Translations under genes and position numbers: made by a program
Source of the DNA: Gemmatimonadaceae bacterium
Lineage (GTDB): Bacteria; Gemmatimonadota; Gemmatimonadetes; Gemmatimonadales; Gemmatimonadaceae
Assembly: GCA_051859245.1 (NCBI GenBank)
Contig: JBHYGA010000005.1
Coordinates: 224,001 to 288,000, forward strand
Reading direction: 5' to 3'
DNA length: 64,000 nucleotides
Part shown: positions 20,133-29,792 of the stretch, piece by piece
Position numbering within the stretch: the first letter of the stretch is position 1
Layout: the number at the start of each line of letters is the position of its first letter
The notes under the pieces: model-generated
The model's database searches: none
Seen by the model: the letters and a program-made list of their open reading frames with translations, nothing else
Told to the model about the DNA's origin: nothing

Positions 20133-20469
20133 GGCAACCGCGATCGCTCCGCTGGTTCAACGTCGACTCCCGACGCACCGGCCGCCAACACATCCGGGCG
20201 AGATGTTGCTGGAGGAGTTCCTCAAGCCGCTCGGGATCTCGCAGTCGGCGTTCGCGATTCGGCTCGGCGTATCGTTTCCGCGCTTGAACGAGGTCATCAA
20301 CGCCAAGCGGAGCGTGACGCCGGATACTGCTCTTCGGCTCGCTCAGGTCACCGGCATGAGCGCGGATTTCTGGCTTGGCCTGCAGCAAGACTGGGATCTG
20401 TGGCACGCCCTTCGCTCCAACGAGGCGAGGCAGATTGCGCGCTTGAAGCCGCTGCCGCGCGCGGGATGA
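20098..20469 (+). CDS. higA: HigA-family antitoxin (HTH)
   Basis: PTHPGEMLLEEFLKPLG, LNEVINAKRSVTPDTALRL and FWLGLQ; overlaps the higB remnant; GAGGAGG upstream of ATG. Confidence 0.92.
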   Translation: MPTTSKSRTTTKATAIAPLVQRRLPTHRPPTHPGEMLLEEFLKPLGISQSAFAIRLGVSFPRLNEVINAKRSVTPDTALRLAQVTGMSADFWLGLQQDWDLWHALRSNEARQIARLKPLPRAG

Positions 20470-20585
20470 CGGGCCGCTAACGCGGCTGTTCGCAGGCGGG
20501 CGATTCGTCGATCCAGCGATCTGCCAATCGACCATAAATCACTCCGAGCAACAACCGTCCGCGTTCACCCCAGGAGGCGATCCAC

Positions 20586-21038
20586 ATGAAGACGCTGCGC
20601 TTCTCCACCACCATCAACGCGCCACGCAAGAAAGTCTGGCACACCATGCTCGACGACGCGCCATATCGGGACTGGACGAGCGCATTCAACCCAGGGTCGT
20701 TCTACCGCGGCGACTGGAGCGAGGGATCAAAGATCCTCTTCCTCGGACCGGATCCGACCACGGGAACTGAGGGTGGCATGGTGAGCCGGATTGCGGAGAA
20801 TCGCCTCTACGAGTTCATCTCCGTCGAACACCTCGGCGTGGTGCAGGATGGCATCGAGGACACCACCAGCGAGCTCGCCCGAGAGTGGGCGCCGGCGTAC
20901 GAGAACTACACGTTCCGCGAGCGGGACGGCGCGACAGAAGTGCAGGTGGACATCGATGTCACGGATGATCACGCGTCAATGTTCGAGCAGATGTGGCCGC
21001 GCGCGCTCAGCCGTTTGAAGCAGTTGGCGGAAGAGTAG
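20586..21038 (+). CDS. SRPBCC / AHSA1-like domain protein
   Basis: FSTTINAPRKKVW...YRDWTSAF...GDWSEGSKILF...WPRALSRLKQLAE; CAGGAGG ribosome-binding site. Confidence 0.88.
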   Translation: MKTLRFSTTINAPRKKVWHTMLDDAPYRDWTSAFNPGSFYRGDWSEGSKILFLGPDPTTGTEGGMVSRIAENRLYEFISVEHLGVVQDGIEDTTSELAREWAPAYENYTFRERDGATEVQVDIDVTDDHASMFEQMWPRALSRLKQLAEE

Positions 21039-21090
21039 GAGCGAGGCTGCTGTTTCGGATTGTGCGCGATCCGCGCCTTTGGTTCGTAAT

Positions 21091-21262
21091 ACCATCTTCG
21101 ACGCGATAGATGTGATGGCGGCCCACTGCGACCGTTGGTCCTTCGCATGCTCATTCACCATCCGGACGGCCCGACCACACACTTCCGGAGAAAACCGTGG
21201 TCGCTTGCTTACGACTCCAAGCTCTCACGCTTTGGGGTCTCCTGCAAACCCGGAGCGATTCA
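21091..21262 (-). mobile_element. IS3-family (IS51-like) remnant: left IR and decayed orfA 5' end
   Basis: Minus strand begins TGAATCGCTCCGGGTTTGCAGGAGAC, then RFSPEVCGRAVRMVNEHAKDQRSQWAAITSIASKM, then breaks off. Confidence 0.82.
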
Positions 21263-21319
21263 ACGCCTGGTCATCGAGGTGCTCAGTCTCCATCTTGACT
21301 CGTCTCCTTCACCGCCAGC

Positions 21320-24300
21320 ATGTCCCTGCCCCTCGGCCTTTACGATCAGCTACTCACCGACGCCCTCCGTCGGCGGATCGAGCAGCTCCCCGTCGGAAGC
21401 AGTACCCTCGACGCGCTATCAGCCGAGCAGGCCACACCGCTGCTCGCGCATTTGGTTTCGCAAGCGCTGGGCCGAGTGCTTGAGGACAATCAATCGCGCC
21501 ACAAGTCCGATCTCGACGCACAACTTGATCTAATCAATGCGCTACTGGTGGAACTGCGCACGCGACTTGCGGCCGATCCCGAACGCATCGACACGTTGAG
21601 CGTACCGGCCACACGTCTCCGCGCAGTTCACACCGCCGGCCAGAAAGCGCCAGCGCTCCCCCTCACCGGTCTCGCTGAACCATGGCTCTTCACCGCAGCT
21701 AAATCGTCACCGTCGCTGCTGCACGAACTGCGCACCGAGGCCTCCGCTTGCGACCAAATCGACATTCTCGTCAGCTTCATCACGGTGAGCGGGGTGCGCA
21801 AACTGATCGATGTGCTGAAGACCGTGACGGCCGGCGATGCGCAGGGGAAGGGGCGCACCAAGGTTCGTGTACTGACGACCACGTACACCGGTGCCACGCA
21901 GATTGAAGCGCTCGACCAACTCGCGGCGCTGAACGGGTGCACCGTGAAAGTGTCTCTCGACGGACGTCGCACGCGGCTGCACGCGAAGGCTTGGCTCTTT
22001 CACCGGCGCAGTGGCTTCGGCTCGGCGTACGTGGGAAGCGCTAATCTTTCGGGCGCTGCTCTTCTCGGTGGGCTCGAATGGACGGTCAAGTTCACCGAGC
22101 ATGGCCAGGAAGCACTCTACACACGCGCCAGAGCGCACTTCGACACGCTGTGGGCGGACGATGAGTTTCAGGCGTACGATCCAAACAGCGAGTCCAGCAG
22201 AACGTCGCTGCAAATCGCTCTCAAACGAGAGACCGGTACTGGTCAACCAGATGCGACGCAGTTCTTTGATATCACCGCTAAACGATATCAGGCGGACATT
22301 CTAGATCAGCTGACGCACGAACGTGAACACGGTCGCCATCGCAACCTGCTTGTTGCTGCGACGGGAACGGGCAAGACGGTGATGTCCGCGCTCGACTATC
22401 GGCGAACGGTCACGGACGCGGGTGGCGCAAGGCCGAGGTTGCTGTACGTGGCGCATCGCGAAGAGATCCTACGTCAGGCCATGCATACGTATCGGGCGGT
22501 ACTGCGCGACCACAGCTTTGGCGATCTGCTGAGCGGAGGCGCCTCGCCGTCGCAATACGACCACCTGTTCGCCACAATCCAGAGTATCACGTCGCGTGAC
22601 CTGATGACGACCAAAGGCACTGACTACTGGCACACGGTGGTGATCGACGAGTGTCATCGCATGGCCGCGCCGCAGCTCGATGCCTTTGCAACTTCCGTCC
22701 AGCCTGCGACGCTTCTCGGACTCACGGCAACGCCGGAACGCACGGACGGCAAGCCGCTGCATCCGTACTTCAACATGCGCCCCGATGGCTCACCAGCCGC
22801 TGAGCTACGTTTGTGGCACGCGCTCGACCTGCAGTTGCTCACTCCATTCGAGTACTTCGGCTGCAACGACGACACCGACTTCTCAGGTGTACCCTGGGGA
22901 GCTACCGGCGAAGTCGCAGCCGTGGATAAGCTCGTAACTGGCAATCAGGTGCGTGCCCGCATGGTGGTCGACGAATGGCAGCGCCTCACCGGAAACGCGG
23001 CAAAGTCGCGGGCGATTGTGTTCTGCGTCTCGGTGGCGCACGCGCGCTTCATGCAGGAACGCTTCACCGCTGCGGGTCTCAAGACTGTCAGTCTGACAGG
23101 TGAGAGCTCGGATGAGGAGAGGCGCGCAGCACCGCAGCAACTGGCCCGTGGCGAGATCTGCGCCATTGTTACCGTCGATCTATACAACGAAGGCTTCGAC
23201 TTGCCGGTTGTTGACACGCTGCTCTTTTTGCGTCCCACGCAGAGCCCCTTGCTCTTCCAGCAACAGCTGGGCCGAGGCCTGCGGCTCGCGCCTAACAAGA
23301 GCAGTTGTCTCGTGCTCGACTTCGTGGGGCAGCACCGCGCGGACTTCAGGTTTGATCGCCTGCTGTCGTCAATTACGGGGCTCAACAAGCGCGAGCTGCT
23401 GGACTCAGTGAAGCACGGATTTAGCACGCTGCCGAGCGGCTGCCACATCCACTTAGAGTCGCAGGCTCGAGAACGTGTCCTCAGTAGTCTGCAGGCGGCG
23501 GTGCAGCAGAGCTGGAAGCGGCTGAAGAGTGAGGTGCAGGCGTACGCTTCACTTCGCGGCACTCGACAGTTCTCGCTTGGCGAATTTCTCCACGATCAGA
23601 AGGTCGAACTCGACGAGGTCTTCCGCAACGCCACACCGAGTGGTTGGACCGCGCTGCGCAGAGAGGCCGGGCTGCTCGATGCGCGCACTGATGGAGACGG
23701 GGAGTTGGAGTTGTCTCGTTCCATGCGCTACCTACTACATGTGAACGACCCTGAACAGCTTAGTGTGATGCGCAGAGTGGCAGAGCAAGGGGCTGGGTAT
23801 CGCGCATCGTCCGTGGACGAGGGCGTGCGCGCTCAGATGCTTACTTATCAGATGTCGCCCTCGCCAGCGCAGTCGTTTGAATCGTACGTGCAGACGCTCG
23901 CTGCTGAACCCGAATGTTTGGTCGAGCTTGGGGCGCTGACGGAGATACTTGAATCCCAGAGTCGACTTGCCGGCCGATCAGTGCCCGGACTCGAGTTCGC
24001 GCCGATCGCGTTGCACGGTAGCTATCAAATACGCGAGATCCTCACCGCTGTTGGCTGGCGTTCGGCCACCAAAATCACGCCGTTTCAGGCTGGCGTGCTA
24101 CCGCTCAAGGATCGCAAGTCGGAACTGTTGTTCGTTACCCTCGACAAGAGCGACGGCTACCACGATCGGATCGCCTACCACGACTGGGCGGAGAGCGAGA
24201 CACACTTTCATTGGCAAACGCAGAACAGTGCAGGGCCGGATACAAACGCCGGCAAGCGCTATCTGGAGAGCGATACCAACGGGTGGCAATTCCAGCTCTT

Positions 24301-24466
24301 CGTGCGCTCCAACAAGGGCTCGGCGTACACCGCGTGTGGACCGGTGTGCATCGAGTCTCCGGATGATGTCACGGGCGACCGGCCAATGAATATCAGGTGG
24401 AGATTGGATGTACCACTGCCGATAGCGCTGTTTCGTGAGTTTAGTGTACTGCGCGCGGCTGGGTAG
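21320..24466 (+). CDS. PLD nuclease-SF2 helicase-DUF3427 protein (SauUSI-like type IV restriction architecture)
   Basis: LHAKAWL...VGSANLS (PLD HxK/GSxN); AATGTGKT, DECH, LTATPER and QQLGRGLR; C-terminal FVTLDK...FHWQTQ...LFVR...PMNIRWRL. Confidence 0.87.
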   Translation: MSLPLGLYDQLLTDALRRRIEQLPVGSSTLDALSAEQATPLLAHLVSQALGRVLEDNQSRHKSDLDAQLDLINALLVELRTRLAADPERIDTLSVPATRLRAVHTAGQKAPALPLTGLAEPWLFTAAKSSPSLLHELRTEASACDQIDILVSFITVSGVRKLIDVLKTVTAGDAQGKGRTKVRVLTTTYTGATQIEALDQLAALNGCTVKVSLDGRRTRLHAKAWLFHRRSGFGSAYVGSANLSGAALLGGLEWTVKFTEHGQEALYTRARAHFDTLWADDEFQAYDPNSESSRTSLQIALKRETGTGQPDATQFFDITAKRYQADILDQLTHEREHGRHRNLLVAATGTGKTVMSALDYRRTVTDAGGARPRLLYVAHREEILRQAMHTYRAVLRDHSFGDLLSGGASPSQYDHLFATIQSITSRDLMTTKGTDYWHTVVIDECHRMAAPQLDAFATSVQPATLLGLTATPERTDGKPLHPYFNMRPDGSPAAELRLWHALDLQLLTPFEYFGCNDDTDFSGVPWGATGEVAAVDKLVTGNQVRARMVVDEWQRLTGNAAKSRAIVFCVSVAHARFMQERFTAAGLKTVSLTGESSDEERRAAPQQLARGEICAIVTVDLYNEGFDLPVVDTLLFLRPTQSPLLFQQQLGRGLRLAPNKSSCLVLDFVGQHRADFRFDRLLSSITGLNKRELLDSVKHGFSTLPSGCHIHLESQARERVLSSLQAAVQQSWKRLKSEVQAYASLRGTRQFSLGEFLHDQKVELDEVFRNATPSGWTALRREAGLLDARTDGDGELELSRSMRYLLHVNDPEQLSVMRRVAEQGAGYRASSVDEGVRAQMLTYQMSPSPAQSFESYVQTLAAEPECLVELGALTEILESQSRLAGRSVPGLEFAPIALHGSYQIREILTAVGWRSATKITPFQAGVLPLKDRKSELLFVTLDKSDGYHDRIAYHDWAESETHFHWQTQNSAGPDTNAGKRYLESDTNGWQFQLFVRSNKGSAYTACGPVCIESPDDVTGDRPMNIRWRLDVPLPIALFREFSVLRAAG

Positions 24467-24514
24467 TGCCGTAACGATCTGACTGGTCGCGAACTGAGTT
24501 ACTTGCAGATTCAC

Positions 24515-24744
24515 TCCATCACGCGCGAGTCGAGTCCAACGGGGCGCAATATCGTGCGCACGTTGCACGCAGCAGTGGCATTCGCCTGTTTTCGCGACTC
24601 AACGCGGATGATCGTGCGTTTCACTTTCTCGGGCCCGCAACGTACGTGAGTCATGTGGGCGAACAGCCGATGGCGATCACGTGGCGGTTGCAGCATGCGC
24701 TGCCGGGCGATCTGTTTCAGGCGTTTGCTGCTGCGGTGGCGTGA
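24515..24744 (+). pseudogene. Frameshifted relic 3' end of a second DUF3427 protein
   Basis: SITRESSPTG, frameshift, then QYRAHVARSSGIRLFSRLNADDRAFHFLGPATYVSHVGEQPMAITWRLQHALPGDLFQAFAAAVA*. Parallels the upstream gene's SAGPDTNAGKRY...LFVR...GP...GDRPMNIRWRLDVPLPIALF. Confidence 0.75.
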
Positions 24745-24767
24745 ATCATATCTCCCCCGAGGTTCCA

Positions 24768-24986
24768 ATGACGACTACAAAATCCGAGCGGGCCGCGTTT
24801 ATCGTGGCCGTCGACGCCTTCGAGGGCGACGAGAGTGCAATCGTTCTCCACGACGGCGCGGGCGCTCCGCTGCCGGTGGTGTACTGCATTGCTCGGCAGA
24901 ATGAGACCACAGGCGTGCTGGAGTTTGTCGACTACGGCTACCGCAGCATTGCCGAAGCGCGTGAGGCGTGGCCGGATGCGCGGTGA
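24768..24986 (+). CDS. Small hypothetical protein (72 aa)
   Basis: GAGG before ATG; natural-looking composition (VYCIAR...FVDYGYRSIAEAREAWP); fills the gap between genes. Confidence 0.55.
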   Translation: MTTTKSERAAFIVAVDAFEGDESAIVLHDGAGAPLPVVYCIARQNETTGVLEFVDYGYRSIAEAREAWPDAR

Positions 24987-25013
24987 CTACGCCCTGGCGG
25001 AGGTGGGCGCTCC

Positions 25014-25352
25014 ATGAGCCGCGCGGCCAAACGGTCCGCCAGACCGGCATCCAAGGCATCGCGCACGCGTGAGACCTGCGTTCAGCTCGAGGACATCCCA
25101 AACGTCGGGCCGTCCATCGCCGGCGACCTGCGCGGCATCGGAGTGTCACAGCCCAGCGACTTGCCCGGACGTGATCCGTACGCGCTCTTCGACGCGCTCT
25201 GCGCCACGACAGGAGTGCGCCACGACCCGTGCGTGCTCGACGTGTTCCTCTCAGCGGTGCGCTTCATGGAGGGCGCGCCCGCGCTCCCGTGGTGGCACTA
25301 TACCGCCGAGCGCAAACGCACGCTTGCGACGAAGGCGAACTCCGAGTCATAA
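25014..25352 (+). CDS. Helix-hairpin-helix protein (Cdd1 / mitomycin-resistance-like family)
   Basis: LEDIPNVGPSIAGDL..IG...DPY.L...LC..TG.RHDPCVLDVF...PWWHYTAERK; GGAGG ribosome-binding site. Confidence 0.8.
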   Translation: MSRAAKRSARPASKASRTRETCVQLEDIPNVGPSIAGDLRGIGVSQPSDLPGRDPYALFDALCATTGVRHDPCVLDVFLSAVRFMEGAPALPWWHYTAERKRTLATKANSES

Positions 25353-25422
25353 CGCGTTGGGCGCGCGATAAGGGCAGCCGTTCTTCGACACTCACCATTC
25401 TCTTTGATGAGTTCTCTTCGAC

Positions 25423-26373
25423 ATGTCCGACCACCGCGATGATGCGCGAGAGCGCCCGATTTCACCGGTGCACGTACCCTCGAGCATCGCCCCATGGGTA
25501 GACGGGTGTCGCTGGTCGCGCAACCTCGTGGGGGAGGCTGGGGCTGCGGTGTATCGTATCGCGCGCCCGGATGCGGATACCCGCGGCAACGCGGACGCAG
25601 CGTCACGCGATTTGTATCTGAAGCACGGCCGCGGTTCGGTTGCCACAGAAGTGTTCGACGAGGCGGTGAAGTTGCGTTGGCTTGGCGCGCACGTTGCAGT
25701 GCCAGCGGTGCGGCTGGTGATCGCATCGACCGCGTCTGACCGGTCAGATCGTGACGAGACATCCGCAATCGTTCAACACCGCGTCGATGCGAGTTCACTC
25801 GAGGACGAGACATGGCTGCTGATGGATGCGCTGCCGGGGCGCACTGCGTATCAGCTGCTCGAGGCGTCCGCGAACAGCCCCGACGTGCAACACGCGGTGG
25901 TCGATGCGTTAGTCGCATTCCTGCAGCGTGTGCACGCAATTCCCGTGAAGCGCTGTCCCTTCATCAACGATCATCATCGTAAACTTGTGCACGCGCGCGC
26001 ACGACTCGAGGCGGGTGCAGTTGATGTTGACGATTTTGGTGACATGCACCACGGATGGACGGCGCAACAGGTGTGGGATTCAGTGATTGCGCTGCTCCCG
26101 CGACACGTGGATGCGGTGGTCACGCACGGCGATTTCTCGCTTGACAACGTGCTGCTCTCGGACCGTGCAGCGAATGGCACATTCGACGTCACCGGCTGCC
26201 TCGATGCCGGGCGCGTGGGCATTGCCGACCGGTATCAGGATCTCGCGGTGTTGTACGATTGTCTCGCCGAGTTTGGTGAGACGCTGCAGGCTCGTGTGTT
26301 CACGCAGTACGGAATCAACGAGGTCGACGAGCTGAAGCTCCGTTTCCATCTCGCGCTCGACGAGTTTTTCTGA
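25423..26373 (+). CDS. APH(3')-family aminoglycoside phosphotransferase
   Basis: LYLKHGRGSVA..V.DE..KLRWL, HGDFSLDN, DAGRVGIADRYQDLA and terminal LDEFF. Confidence 0.9.
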   Translation: MSDHRDDARERPISPVHVPSSIAPWVDGCRWSRNLVGEAGAAVYRIARPDADTRGNADAASRDLYLKHGRGSVATEVFDEAVKLRWLGAHVAVPAVRLVIASTASDRSDRDETSAIVQHRVDASSLEDETWLLMDALPGRTAYQLLEASANSPDVQHAVVDALVAFLQRVHAIPVKRCPFINDHHRKLVHARARLEAGAVDVDDFGDMHHGWTAQQVWDSVIALLPRHVDAVVTHGDFSLDNVLLSDRAANGTFDVTGCLDAGRVGIADRYQDLAVLYDCLAEFGETLQARVFTQYGINEVDELKLRFHLALDEFF

Positions 26374-26799
26374 CGGGCACGCCGCAGTGTGCATGTGAGG
26401 AGCGGGTACACCGCAAAACCGGCCACCACGCGGGCGTGCTAAGACTGGGTTTGCGGCGGAGCAGCGGCGCATGCTGGCCCTTCACAAGTCACGAGAGAAC
26501 GAAAGGACTATCAACTCGAAGTTGTTGTCGCTGGCGGAGACGCAGCAGGTCGACCCCCGTGTGTCGTGACGCACAGCACGACAACTCCGCGACGCACGGC
26601 ACCAGTTGAGCACCGTCCACAGAGAGAAGGCAATACCGCCCGAACGGAGAATGTCCCTTTCGCGATAGGTGTCGTAGCCTGTACGCAGAGGTAGCTGCAC
26701 TCCCAATGGCCGCCATCTCCTCGTGACGGTGTGCCGCCTGAGGCCCGCAACTCGTACGCCATTCGGGCACGTCACGTACCGCTTAAGGAGAGTCGTGAC

Positions 26800-27462
26800 A
26801 TGCGAAACTGTACCATTACCGTGCTCTGTTTTGTTGCACTGAGCGTGTTCGCCTCGTCGCCTGTTGCGGCGCAACGAGCGAGCGATACCGATGTGGGCGT
26901 TCGCCGCGAGACAATCGGTGCGGTCGCACCAGACAACGCGCACCCGGGCGACATCCTGCGTGTTCGCATCTGGCGCGAGCCGGACATGTCAGGCGACTTC
27001 CCGGTTGACGCGGGAGGCACGGCAACATTGCCGCGACTCGGCGCGCTGCGAGTCGTCGATATTCCTTCCGATTCGCTCGAGCGATTGCTCGTTGCCGAGT
27101 ACGCGCGATTTCTGCGTAATCCGTCAGTTGAGGTGACGCTGCTTCGTCGCGTACGCGTGGTCGGCGAAGTGCGGTCGCCGGGCCTGTACACCGCCGACCC
27201 CACGATGGGTTTGCGCGACATACTCGCGCTAGCAGGTGGTCCGAGTTCGGACGGCCGCACGGACCGGGTGCGCCTTGATCGCGGCGGCGAGTCGATGTGG
27301 CTCGCGCTCACCGACGCGCCGCCCGGTAATGAGGCCCGCCTGCGCTCCGGCGATCAGCTCTTCGTACCACAGCGCAGCTGGTTTGCCCGGAATACACCGA
27401 TCGTCGCCTCCGTCGCCGCGAGTGTGGCGGGTGCCATTATTTTCGCAGTCACCGCTCGCTGA
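26800..27462 (+). CDS. Polysaccharide biosynthesis/export protein (Wza-like PES and SLBB domains)
   Basis: Signal peptide; PGDILRVRIWREPDMSG.F.VD..G...LPRLG, VVGEVRSPGLY, ALAGG and LRSGDQLFVP; AAGGAG ribosome-binding site. Confidence 0.88.
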   Translation: MRNCTITVLCFVALSVFASSPVAAQRASDTDVGVRRETIGAVAPDNAHPGDILRVRIWREPDMSGDFPVDAGGTATLPRLGALRVVDIPSDSLERLLVAEYARFLRNPSVEVTLLRRVRVVGEVRSPGLYTADPTMGLRDILALAGGPSSDGRTDRVRLDRGGESMWLALTDAPPGNEARLRSGDQLFVPQRSWFARNTPIVASVAASVAGAIIFAVTAR

Positions 27463-27473
27463 GGATCGCCCAG

Positions 27474-29792
27474 ATGCCACGCGATGTTGTGGATGTTGGA
27501 TTGATCTTCGATGCAGCCCGCCGACATTGGCGAGGCGTGGCCGCAGGTGCGGTGATCGGCATGCTGATCGCGTTGGCCTATGCTCGGACGGCGACTCCGC
27601 GTTACGAGGCGAACTCCACCGTGCGCATAGACGTACGACCGAGTACGCTCCCGTCGATCTACGCCGAACAAGCCGCGCGCGACGAGATCTTCACGGAGAT
27701 CGAGGTACTGCGCAGCCGAACCATCGCCGCTGATGTCGTGGACTCGCTCGCCCTCGCGGTCGAGATGACTCAACCACGCCGCACGCCGCGTGCGAACGTG
27801 TTTGCCTCACTGCGCCAAGTGGCGCCATCGAGTGTCGAAGAGCTTCGGCTCGTGCGAGGCAAGGACGCAAACTACACGATTGAAGGGACCACGCAGCGGG
27901 TCACACCAGGTGTTCCGGTCACGGTGCACGGCGTGCGCTTTGTGCTCGCTACAGCAGACGAGTATCCGGGCATCATCACGTTGCAGTTGAAGTCGCGCGA
28001 GGCGGCGATCGAACAACTGCTCAAAAACGTGGACATCCGGCGAGCTGGCTTACAGGCAAACGTCATCGCGTTGCGATACGCGTCTGAGGACCCGACGCTC
28101 GCGCGCGACGTGCTCAACCTCTGGACCGCTTCGTTCATCGGTCGACGGCAGTCAATACAGCGCGAAGAGGCGACCAGTACCGCCGACTTCATCCAGGCAC
28201 AACTCGATACGTTGACCCCGCAACTCGCCGAGGCCGAAGAGCGTCTACTGGCCTTCCGCAATGCCAACAAGATTGTCGCTCCCGAGGCGGAAGCGATGAC
28301 GCAGGTGAACCAGAGAGCGCTGCTGCAAGCAACGCGCAACGAACTCGAAGCTGAACGGACGGCGCTGGCGCAAGCCATGTCGCGCGTGCGAATGGAGGCA
28401 GCGCGCACCTCCGCGAACGACGCGTCGCCGTATCGTGAGCTGATCGGATTTCCCACGCTGCTGCGCAACCAGGCGGCGTCGGAGCTTCTGCGCTCACTCT
28501 CATCACTCGACGATCAGCGCTCAGCGCTGCTGATGCGTCGCACGACGGAAGATCCAGACGTCGTGACGCTCTCGGAGCGCATTCGCGTGGTGGAAGGCCA
28601 GCTGCAAGGTCTCACGTCGACGTACCTGCGTGGTCTGACGGCACAGTTGTCGGCGACCGATGCATCACTCGCGGGCTACACCTCGCGCATGCGGGACATT
28701 CCAACTCAGCAGGTGGAGTACGCTCGCCTTGAGCGCGCGCCGCGCGTGTACGAGGAAATGGTGAGCCTGCTCCAGACGCGCCTCAAAGAAGCGCAGATCA
28801 CGGAAGCGGTGCAGGACGCCAGCGTGCGTGTTGTGGATATGGCGGTGCTTCCGTCAAAGCCATCGTGGCCGAAAACGCCGCTGCTGCTGATGGCTGGCCT
28901 GCTCACCGGTATACTCGCTGGTGCCGCAACGGGGTTCACGCGCGAGAAGCGTGTTTCCATGGTACGTTCGCGTCGCGACCTGCAGGCAATCTCGGATATC
29001 CCCGTGCTCGGGCTTATTCCCAACTTCTCCGCTGCGCCGCGTGTGGACGGCGCTCGACAGGGAGAGGCGCTCGGCACACCGCCCGCTGCGTTGCAGCTCA
29101 CCAACGGGAAGCCGCGTACAACAAAGATCGCCGACTTGGCAGCGGCTGAAGCGTTCGTGCGGCTGTACATGAACGCCGAGTGGAGCGTGGGGCGAACGCT
29201 GCGCAGCATTTTGACTACCAGTCCGCTTCCGGGCGATGGGAAGACTACGACTGTGCTACACCTGGCAGCTGTGGCGGCCGGACAGCGGCGGCGCGTGCTC
29301 ATCGTTGATGCGGATCTTCGCTGCGCCGGAATGACGCGCGCGCTCGAGCTGCGTGACAGGCGTGGTCTCGTAGACGTGCTGCAGGGTGACGCGACGCTGG
29401 CCGAATGCATTGTGTCAGTGTCGCTCCCGGCTGGCGGTCGCGCGGACGCGATCGGCGCTGGCAACATCACTCATGCAGCGGGTGTGCCTCAGATCGTTGA
29501 AGCGGTGCGCACGGTGCTGCGCCAGGCGTCGCACTACGATGTCGTGTTGATCGATACGCCGCCGATCAACATTGTGGCCGACGCTGCGGCGATCGCCCCG
29601 CTCACCGATGGTGTCCTGCTTGTGACGCGCGCGGGTCAGACCTCGCTTGCTGCGATCGACGTGGCGCTGGACCAGCTGCAACGTGCGGGTGCGCACGTGC
29701 TGGGGACGGTGCTCAATGGCGCGGAGTTCCAGCCCAACGAAGGCTACGGCACGCTACAGCAATATCACGCCTATTCCATGTCGAGCGTATGA
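27474..29792 (+). CDS. Wzc/GumC-like polysaccharide co-polymerase with tyrosine-kinase domain
   Basis: Two TM helices around a coiled-coil periplasmic region; Walker A PGDGKTT, VDADLR and IDTPP; C-terminal Tyr residues. Confidence 0.9.
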   Translation: MPRDVVDVGLIFDAARRHWRGVAAGAVIGMLIALAYARTATPRYEANSTVRIDVRPSTLPSIYAEQAARDEIFTEIEVLRSRTIAADVVDSLALAVEMTQPRRTPRANVFASLRQVAPSSVEELRLVRGKDANYTIEGTTQRVTPGVPVTVHGVRFVLATADEYPGIITLQLKSREAAIEQLLKNVDIRRAGLQANVIALRYASEDPTLARDVLNLWTASFIGRRQSIQREEATSTADFIQAQLDTLTPQLAEAEERLLAFRNANKIVAPEAEAMTQVNQRALLQATRNELEAERTALAQAMSRVRMEAARTSANDASPYRELIGFPTLLRNQAASELLRSLSSLDDQRSALLMRRTTEDPDVVTLSERIRVVEGQLQGLTSTYLRGLTAQLSATDASLAGYTSRMRDIPTQQVEYARLERAPRVYEEMVSLLQTRLKEAQITEAVQDASVRVVDMAVLPSKPSWPKTPLLLMAGLLTGILAGAATGFTREKRVSMVRSRRDLQAISDIPVLGLIPNFSAAPRVDGARQGEALGTPPAALQLTNGKPRTTKIADLAAAEAFVRLYMNAEWSVGRTLRSILTTSPLPGDGKTTTVLHLAAVAAGQRRRVLIVDADLRCAGMTRALELRDRRGLVDVLQGDATLAECIVSVSLPAGGRADAIGAGNITHAAGVPQIVEAVRTVLRQASHYDVVLIDTPPINIVADAAAIAPLTDGVLLVTRAGQTSLAAIDVALDQLQRAGAHVLGTVLNGAEFQPNEGYGTLQQYHAYSMSSV

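Noticed and set aside
19675..20469. 264-aa N-terminally extended HigA from the ORF track
   Set aside because: The extension overlaps the esterase in another frame; the real start is probably ATG 20098 after GAGGAGG.
16751..21262. IS3 right end (16751) and left end (21262) as one element carrying P450, esterase, higA and SRPBCC cargo
   Set aside because: The IRs match at only about 13 of 21 positions, there is no flanking target duplication, and the orfA and OrfB pieces look like different IS3 subgroups.
20470..25365. Integron cassette array (short same-strand genes; GCTAAC after higA, CATAAC-GC-GTTGGGC at the HhH gene stop)
   Set aside because: No proper RYYYAAC...GTTRRRY pair with an internal palindrome, and no integrase in the window.
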